Assembly (NCBI GenBank): GCA_038087875.1
Contig: JAXLNO010000388.1
Coordinates: 1 to 60,600 of the forward strand
Origin: Malacoraja senta
Lineage: Eukaryota
Length of the DNA stretch: 60,600 nt
Reading direction: 5' to 3'
Under the pieces are notes generated by a model that worked only from the letters and a program-made list of their open reading frames with translations, did no database searches and was not told the DNA's origin. Both the position numbers and the translations under genes were made by a program. The stretch's first letter is position 1. Each line of letters opens with the position of its first letter. Of this stretch, positions 52,490 through 60,600 are shown piece after piece.

Positions 52490-52980
52490 ATAGAAACAGG
52501 CCCTTCGGCCCAACATGCCGACAATATGCCTCCATCTACACAGTCCCACCTACCCACGTTGGCCCATATCCCTCCAAACAATTTCTATCCATGTTCCTAT
52601 CCAAATGTCTTTTAAATATTGTTATAGTCCCTGCCTCAACTACCTCCTCTGGCAGTTTGCTCCATACACGAACCGTGCCCCTCAGGTTCCTACTAAATCT
52701 TTCCCCACTCACCTTAAACCTTTGTTCTCTGGTTCATGATTCACCTACTCTGCGTAAGACTGCATTCGCCCCATCTATTCCCCTCATGATTTTTTCTACC
52801 CTTCTATAAGATCACCTCTCATCCTCCTGCGCTCCAAGGAATAAAGTCCTACCCTGCTCAACCTCTCCCTGTCGCTGAGGCCCTCGAGTCCTGGCAACAT
52901 CCTGGTAAATCTTCTCTGCACCCTTTCCAGCCCAACGACATCTTTGCTCTCGCAAGGTCAGCAATACTGAACACAATACT
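52490..52980 (-). mobile_element. CR1-like LINE 3' fragment
   Basis: Reverse complement of ERVQRRFTRMLPGLEGL.. and tail. Confidence 0.8.
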
Positions 52981-52989
52981 CTAAAAGTT

Positions 52990-53340
52990 TGAGAAAGAAC
53001 TGCAGATGCTGGTGAATCGAGGGTAGACAAAAAATGCTGGAGTAACTCAGCGAGTGAGGCAGCGTCTCTGGATAGAAGGAATGGGCGACGTTTCGGGTCG
53101 AGACCCTTCTTCAGACTGATGTCAGGGGAGGGGGCGGGACAAAGATAGAATATAGTCGGAGACAGTAAGACTGGTGGGAGAACTGGGAAGGGGGAGGGAA
53201 TGGGTGTAAACTACCCAAGCGAAATATGAGGTTCTGTTCCTCCAATTTGTGCTGAGCCTCACTCTGACAATGGAGGAGGCCCAGGACAGAAAGGTCAGAT
53301 TGGGAATGGGAGGGGGAGTTGAAGTGCTGGGCCACCGGGA
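52990..53340 (-). mobile_element. Penelope-like 3' end with pLTR; hammerhead-like core at 53087-53114
   Basis: AQHFNSPSHSQSDLSVLGLLHCQSEAQHKLEEQNLIFRLGSLHP followed by CTGAAGAAGGGTCTCGACCCGAAACGTC. Confidence 0.8.
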
Positions 53341-53711
53341 GATCTTGTCCAACTGTAACGGGATCTCCAAACTTCTATACTCAATACTCCCTCCAGCTGA
53401 ACAACATCCTCCATACACCAGGGTGGCCAAAACCGGACAAGGTCCTGAGCAGAAATGCTTGACATTGACCCTTGCTCCTGGACCCTCCAGCTTGGAGACA
53501 TCAACCCCGCCCGCCCTTCTTACAACAAGTCAGCAAGCTGCCATCAGTAAAGTAAGCACTCGGAGATTAAAGAATGTAAACACGAGGGCCAGCTTGGTTT
53601 CAAAGACACACTGGGATGAAAGTCCTTCCGCAGATCACCAGCATTCAACATGAGATGTTGTAGCTGTTGTTTGTTTGGATTCTCTTCTGATATACGGCTC
53701 GAAGAGTCAGT

Positions 53712-54370
53712 GATACAGCGTGGAAACAGGCCCTTCGGCCCAACTTGCACATGTCGACCAATATGCCCCATCTACACTAGTCCCACCTGCCTGTGTTTAG
53801 CCCGTATCCCTCTAAACCTGTCCTATCCATGTACCTGTCTAACTGTTCCTTAAATGTTGCCTCAACTACCTCCTCTGGCAGCTCGTTCCATACACCCACC
53901 ACCCTGAGTGAAAAAGTTACCCCTCAGATTCCTATTAAATCTTCCACCCCCCCCCTCCCCACCACCTTGAACCTATGTCCTCTGGTTCTCGATTCCCCTA
54001 CTCTGGGCAAGAGACTCCGTGCGTCTACCCGATCTTTTCCTGTCATGATTTTATACACCAGTATAAGATCACCCCTCATCCTCCTGCGCTCCAAGGAACC
54101 TCTATTCAACCTCTGCCTGTAGCTCAGACCCTCGAGTCCTGGCAACATCCTCGTAAATCTTCTCTGCACACTTTCGATCCGAAACGTCACCCATTCCATC
54201 TCTCCAGAGATGCTGCCTGTTCCGCTGAGTTACTCCAGCATTTTGTGTCCATTTCCAGCTTGACAATAGCTTTCCTGTAACATGGTGCCCAAGACTGAAA
54301 ACAACACTCTAAATGCGGCCTCACCAATCAATCCCTTACATAACTGCAGCACGACCTCCCAACGTCTACA
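53712..54370 (-). mobile_element. CR1-like LINE 3' fragment with a pLTR insert
   Basis: ESVQRRFTRMLPGLEGLSYRQRL...RMRGDLILVYKIM. Confidence 0.8.
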
Positions 54371-54534
54371 ACCATCTTGCCTCTGCTGCGCTGTAGCGAG
54401 TCCGAGGGCGAACTTCCGCCCACAACCTCCAAAAAGTTTCTCCTCGTCATTTGTAAAGGGGAGTTGCACCTCGGTAGAATCTTTAGAAGCTTCTAGATCT
54501 CTCATGAAAGCTCGCAACCATTCTCGTACCCCTG

Positions 54535-54897
54535 GTTAGTTCAGTTTAGAAACACAGCGAGGAAACAGGCTCTTCGACCCACCGAGTCCACTCTGACCAG
54601 CAATCACCCTTTCACAATATTTCAACGATATCTCACTGTTGTGCCACTCCCCACACGCTCGGGGAAATTTACAGGGGGCCAATTAACCTACACCCCACCC
54701 CACCCCACCCCCCCCCCCCCCCCCCGCGCGTCTTTGGGGTGAGGGAGGAAACCGGAGCACGCACCCGGGGAAAACCCACCCAGTCACAGGGAGAATGTGG
54801 AAATTCCACACAGCCAGACAGCACCCGAGGTCAGGATCGAACCCGGGCCTCTGGCGCTGTGAGGCAGCAGCTCTACCCGCTGCGCCAACGTGCCGCC
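54535..54897 (-). mobile_element. HE1-like V-SINE (diverged)
   Basis: Tail, V-domain and head. Confidence 0.7.
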
Positions 54898-55299
54898 CTT
54901 GATCAAACTGTATTAGGGCACGAAACATACCAGTTATTTATGCGCAGCGAGCTCTCACACCCCACAAGGACGTAATTAACCAGATGGGAGCGCAGTTTGA
55001 TGAAAAATAAATGCTGGCTGAGAAATCGAACACCCTGATCTCGTTCAGATGGCAGGAGGAGATCTATAACGTGCGCCAGAGATGGAGGTGGTTTAACGTG
55101 TCTGGCTAACTCCACAAATGTAACCCGATAGAGCAAAATGAAGGGAGGGGAATATTAATATATTAAAGATACTCGACACCACTAGCCAAGCAGGAGGTCG
55201 GCCTGTGTTCCGTCTCTCAGCCATATTCAGGACCCAACAAGTTAATTGTTTTGGAAATCAGTTTTTGCAAAAGTCCCGTCTTCTCACATCAGTCTTTAG

Positions 55300-55570
55300 A
55301 CTTTAGGGAAACAGCGTGGAAACGGGCCCTGCAGCCGACCATCGATCACCCTGCACACTCACACCATCCTACACACACCAGGGGACAATTCACAATGTTT
55401 CACCAAAGCCAATTAACCTACAAACCTGCACATCATTGGAGTGTGGAAGGAAACCGGAGCACCTGGAGAAAACCCACGCGGTCACAGGGAGAACGTGCAA
55501 ACTCCGTACAGACAGCACCCGTAGTCGGGAACAGACCCTGGTCTCTGGTAACTCGACCGCTGCACCGCTT
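55300..55570 (-). mobile_element. HE1-like V-SINE
   Basis: Tail and V-domain. Confidence 0.75.
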
Positions 55571-55959
55571 CATATAGGGGAGGGGGATCTATTCCAGATC
55601 TTGAGAATGTTCTGCACTTTTATTTCTGATCTCCGCAATGCGTGAAATCACCCTTCAGTGGTTTCCGAAGCAGACTCTGTTATTCCTATTCATTCCGTCT
55701 CTCGTCACATATTTTATTTTGCTATTTTCCTCATTTCTACTCTTTGCCAACATACAATAAGTCTGAAGAAGGGTGCAAAATGAGGGCGGCACGGTGGCGC
55801 AGCGGTGGGACTAGCTTAGATGGGGCAACCATGGACATGTTGGGCCGAAGGGCCGTGTTGTGTGACCCCCACAACTCTAAGCACCTTGGGAACAAATTAC
55901 AGTTGGTGCTTCAGTCTAGAGGTGGGGGGTGGGGGTTGCACAGTCAATGGGGGTGGGAG

Positions 55960-56250
55960 ACACAGCGGTAGAGTTGCTGCCTCACAGTGACCCGGGTTTA
56001 ATCCCGATTACGGGTGCTGTCTGTACGGAGCTTGCACGTTCTCCCCGTGACCACGTGGGTTTTCTCCGGGTGCTCTGGTTTCCTCCCACACTCCAAAGAC
56101 GTGCAGGTTTGTAGGTTAATTGGCTTCGGTAAAAATTGCAATTTCTCACTGGTGTGTGTAGGGTAGTCTTAGTGTGCGGGGATCGCTGGTCGGCACGGTA
56201 TCGGTGGGCCGAAGGGCCTGTTTCCGCGCTGTATCACAAAACTAAACTTA
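55960..56250 (+). mobile_element. HE1-like V-SINE
   Basis: Partial head, V-domain and tail. Confidence 0.8.
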
Positions 56251-56251
56251 A

Positions 56252-56580
56252 AGCCCTGTCCTACGGTACGAGTTCATTCCAAGAGCTCTCCCGTGTTTGC
56301 CCTGATTCGAACTCGGAGATTTACGGTAATGGCCACTCGTCGGTACTCGGGGCTCTCGTGGACATTTTTCAACATGTTGAAAAATCTTCACGAGTCTTCC
56401 CGTGCTTACCTGCCGTTAGCGAGTCTTCCCGAGTACCTGCCGTTAGCGTTACGAGCCGCTAAGAGACGTCCCCGAGCCTCCGACGTACCCGCTACGTTCA
56501 TTCTCCGTGCTTACCATGAGTTTGATTTTTTTTAAACTCGGGAGAGCTCTTGGAATGAACTCGTACCGTGGGACAGGGCT
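56252..56580. mobile_element. Harbinger-like MITE related to 19198-19532
   Basis: About 40-bp TIRs AGCCCTGTCCTACGGTACGAGTTCATTCCAAGAGCTCTCCC / GGGAGAGCTCTTGGAATGAACTCGTACCGTGGGACAGGGCT; shared internal CTCGTGGACATTTTTCA. Confidence 0.8.
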
Positions 56581-57738
56581 AGATTCCCATTCCTTCTCTC
56601 CAGAGATGCTGCCTGTCCCGCTGAGTTACTCCAGCATTTTGTCTCTATCTTCAGTTTAAACCGGCATCTGCAGTTCCTTCCTACACTATACTATGAGTTG
56701 CTTTGTCATTTTATCTTTCCTGGGGACCGAGCTGCCAGAGGAGGTAGTTGAGGCAGGTGCTATAACAACATTTGGACGGGTACATGGATAGCAAACGTTT
56801 AGAGGGATAAACAATACAACAGGTGCAGGAGTAGGCCATTCGGCCCTTCGAGCCAGCACCGCCATTCAATGTGATCATGGCTCATCGTCCACAATCAGTA
56901 CCCCATTCCTGCCTACTCCCCCATATCCCCTGACTCAGCTTTCTTCAAGAGCCCTATCTAGCTGTCTCTTGAAAGTATCCAGAGAACCGGCCTCCACCGC
57001 CGTCTGGCCTCCACCGCCGTCTGGTATCCAGAGAACCGGCCTCCACCGCCGAGAGGCAGAGAATTCCACAGACATTCGGGCCGATCGTCGGCGAATGGGG
57101 CTGGATTAGATGTGAGCATCTATTGGTCGGCATGGACAAGTTGGGCCGAAGGGCCAGTTTCCGTGCTCTACGAGTCTGCCTCTACAACTCGACTCTTCCA
57201 TTCATCCCCTCCCCACTTTCTCTGCAGCTTTACCAATGCTCATCACTAAGTTCTCTCAGTTTCAAGGGTCATTAACTCAAAATGTCGACGGTACTTCGCT
57301 CTTCACCAGCAATGCCTGAGTGAGTCTGCATTCCCGGCATGTTTTCCACTGCCGCCCTCCCACGGCGTTAGTGTCTGCGGTGAACGATGTGCAGCTTTGC
57401 TCAGGAGGGGAGTGCTGGCCATCCACCCACCCCACACAACGCCCCCCACCCCCCCCCCCCCCCACCCCCTCACCTGCACGTTCACAAGTTACAGGAGCAT
57501 CAAACTGTACAACTTCTCTCCCTTCTGCCATGGGGTAGACTGAGACTGACCCCCCCCCCTCCCCAATCTTTGCACACCCCCAAATCCTGTCCACTCGTCA
57601 CTTTAATTTCATGTTTCATGTATTTTGTGTTTTTATGACTTGTTGGCAAATCAATTTCCCTCCTGGGAAAAATAAAGTTCTAACGAATCGAATCTACACC
57701 GCCATTCAATCATGGCTGATCTCTGCCCACATTAACAC

Positions 57739-57960
57739 CAGGGCTGCCAACATTGGGTGAGAGTTGGGAGTGAGAAATTGCGGGAGACCAAGCCCGAGGG
57801 AACGTAGCGACCGAGGGGGGGAGGGGAGAGGGGGGGGGAGAGTGTAGGAGGGGGGTGTCCCCCTTCCATTAGTACAGAGCTGTTGCATTTTTCGGCTTGA
57901 AATTGTGCAATCTGGTGCATACTGTTGCAGGTATTTTAACTTACACTTGAATGCAATATT
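57739..57960 (+). mobile_element. Possible left end of a hAT-like non-autonomous DNA transposon
   Basis: Starts CAGGGCTGCCAAC; shares an internal G-rich motif with 59740-59805; no convincing right TIR or TSD found. Confidence 0.4.
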
Positions 57961-59864
57961 TATGCTTTAAATTGGATTAGCTATGAATAAGGTTAGGCTA
58001 AATTACATTCCCAATTACATTCCACAGTAGAGCCAGGCTCTGATCAACAGGTGCAGCACATGAATGATCTTAGTATATTCATGTATGGAAATCGGATTAT
58101 ATTCAAACACTTTGGCCCATGTTGACCAACCTGAGTCTCACTGCACACCTGGTACTACTCCTGACCCTGACTCCAGTTGCATACCTTCTCTCATTCCTGA
58201 CCCTGAGTCCAGCCTTACACCTGGCCCCCTATTCTACCCTGATCATAGCTGCTTACCTGCTTAGGTTCCTAGTGTTGAACACTCCCATTGTCCCAGCTTT
58301 GACTGCACACCTAGTACTATTCCAGACCTTGACTTAGGATGCACACTTGGCCTTGCCCCTAGCCCCTCTGCACTGACAATATATCTGGCCCACACATAAA
58401 GCCCCATATCTGACCCCCTGGACTTAACCTATTACGTTCAAGTCCACAGGCACTTATCTAACGCGGTAATCTTTTATGGGGCACTTCACAGACCAAATTT
58501 TGTATAACAAAATTTGCTACATCCATTGGCTTCCTTGTTATCTAACATGCTAGTTACTTTGTCAAAGAACTCATCAATTGGTTGAACACAATTTCTAATC
58601 CATAAAATTATACTCACTCAGCTGTATAAGTATTCTGTTACCATTTCCTTCATTTTCCTAATAAACTGTCCTGAAGTCATTTTCACCCCCAATATTTTCA
58701 GTATTTTGCTGTCTTCCTCGCAGCTGGGAATTTTCAAAAATGCAAAGTACAATAACTATATATTTAAGCAATATTATTCTATTAAATGTGATCTTGAGAG
58801 TACATGATATTTTCTGTGGTATTCATAACACAACAATGATAAAAAAGATCTTTGTTTTGATTGCACCTACCAACATGCGTACATTATTATATTACAGTTA
58901 ATATGTACCGAGGGCAAATTTTTGTTCCAATGCCCCCCATTCCCAATTACTTTTACATTGAAATGATTGAAATCCAAGTGAAGTTTAAATGGCATCATAA
59001 AAGTAAAACCTCCGAAATGGATGATATTTATTACGTGGTTGGTTGGGGGTCAGTATCAGCACAATTACGATATTAAACTTTGAATCTTCAGATGTCCTGG
59101 TTCAAGCTAAAACTAAATATAAATAATAACCTCCTCACACAATGTCCTGCAAGTATCTCTGTCACTCCTTTAAAATATGCCCCTTCTTTGAACAAACTCT
59201 TAAACATCGCATCTGAATCAGTTTCCATCTGATTACACTCCTTGAGGATGTTCATCTACGTGTTCAATTAATAAAACAACGAGATTGGGGACATTTCTAT
59301 TCAACCTGTCAAAGGAATTTTGGGGGGGGGGGGGTTAGAAATAGTCAGTGAGGTAAACAAACATAATAGTTGAGTGGCAAATGACAATAGTGCTACCTTC
59401 CCAATATTTAACTGAAGGAATAATGGGTTATCGGGGCTGTATGTTGTGACAGACAGCCGGACACCTTGCATGTAATTTTAATATTACACTTATCCCATCC
59501 CCCTGGATATTCCGGATGAATAAATTAAGGTTTTGTCAACTAATTGCAAATCAGGCTAATTACAAATCAATAACATTAGCCAACTCCGAAACACGAAGAT
59601 CTGAGCATTGTGATCCAGATATCACGGACAACTGGCCTCAATTCCCCGCTCACATCTGGCAGTGGTCTCTGTCTGAACCAGAGGCCACGGAGCGTTTTAT
59701 AAGTGGGGAGGCTGAGCGATCACTGATCACTGGCCTTGGGGGTACCCGGCGAGGGAGTGGAGCAACCGAGTGGGGTGAGGGTGTGGGAGAGGGGCGTCCC
59801 CCTAGTGCATTGTAGAAGTATGATTTCAATGTTTTTTGTTTAAAGTCTTTTTAAGAAGTAACTT

Positions 59865-60097
59865 TTTAAGGGTAACTTTTTCCACACAAAGGGCGGTGGG
59901 TGTATGGAACAAGCTTCCAGAGGAGGTAGTTGAGGCAGGGACTATCCCAACATTTAAGAAACAGTTAGAATGATACATGGATAGGACAGGTTTGGAGGGA
60001 TATGGACCAAAAGCAGGTAGTGTAGCTGGGACATGTTGGCGGGTGTGGGCAAGTTGGGCCGAAGGGCCTGTTTTCACACTGTATCACTCTATGACTA
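59865..60097 (+). mobile_element. CR1-like LINE 3' end
   Basis: Similar to 43920-44135; tail GGGCCGAAGGGCCTGTTTT. Confidence 0.85.
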
Positions 60098-60172
60098 CAT
60101 TATACCTCCACCATGCATGAATGCTTCAAAATCAAGTGGTCAAAATCAAGTTTTATTGCCATATACTCAAGC

Positions 60173-60512
60173 ATAGAAACATAGAAAATAGGTGCAGGAA
60201 TAGGCCATTCAGCCCTTCGAGCCAGCACTGCCATTCAATATGATCATGGCTGTTCATCTAAAATCAGTACCTCTTTCCTGTTTTCTCCCCATATCCCTTG
60301 ATTTCGCTAGCCCCAAGAGCTATATGTAACTCTCTCTTGAAAACAGCCAGTGAATTGGCCTCCACTGCCTTCTGTGGCAGAGAATTCCACAGATTCACAA
60401 CTCTCTGGGTGAAGAAAGTTTGTCCTCATCTCAGTCCTAACTGGCCTACCCTTTATTCTTAAACTGTGTCCCCTGGTTCTGAACTCCCCCAAGATCGGGA
60501 ACATTTTTCCTG
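60173..60512 (-). mobile_element. CR1-like LINE 3' end with (ATAGAAAC)n terminus
   Basis: AGKMFPILGEFRTRGHSLRIKGRPVRTEMR. Confidence 0.85.
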
Positions 60513-60600
60513 CAGTTACAGTAAGTGAAAATCTAGCAGGCAAGCAGGATGCTTTCTCCAACCACCCCCATTTGAAGGCCACTATCTTCCACCGTTTCTA

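Noticed and set aside
54230..54539. ORFs on both strands across a short unique segment
   Set aside because: They run into CR1/pLTR sequence, show no recognisable homology and have no convincing splice sites.
56975..57052. Short internal duplications in a CR1 fragment
   Set aside because: Local slippage or template jumps in a dead repeat, with no sign of function.
58121..58133. Possible right TIR for the element starting at 57739
   Set aside because: Only a 9/13 match and no 8-bp target duplication.

Overview
Repeat-dense, almost entirely non-coding vertebrate DNA. The repeat complement (HE1-like V-SINEs sharing a 3' tail with CR1/HER1-like LINEs, Penelope-like elements, Rex1/Babar LINEs) points by inference to a cartilaginous fish, probably a skate or ray. 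I can support no intact protein-coding gene. The only host-gene signal is a probable minus-strand 5'-UTR/first exon at ~2695-3208, which ends ATG ATG CTG ACG|GTAAG and contains an RFX-like X-box next to a CCAAT. The rest looks like upstream or intronic DNA with nested transposon fragments, long CA/TG tracts and a few enhancer-like unique islands. Most notable: (1) a 135-bp TSD-flanked retroposon whose 5' half folds like a minimal HDV/CPEB3-type ribozyme; (2) many Penelope terminal repeats carrying minimal hammerhead cores, often as inverted pairs; (3) a 66-bp Penelope-derived tandem array with a shared idiosyncratic palindromic insert at three loci; (4) two near-identical SINEs resembling teleost AFC-type CORE-SINEs; (5) a 329-bp inverted duplication 33 kb apart that looks like Penelope 3' transduction. 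Family names come from recognition of sequence motifs, not from database searches. Repeat boundaries are approximate.
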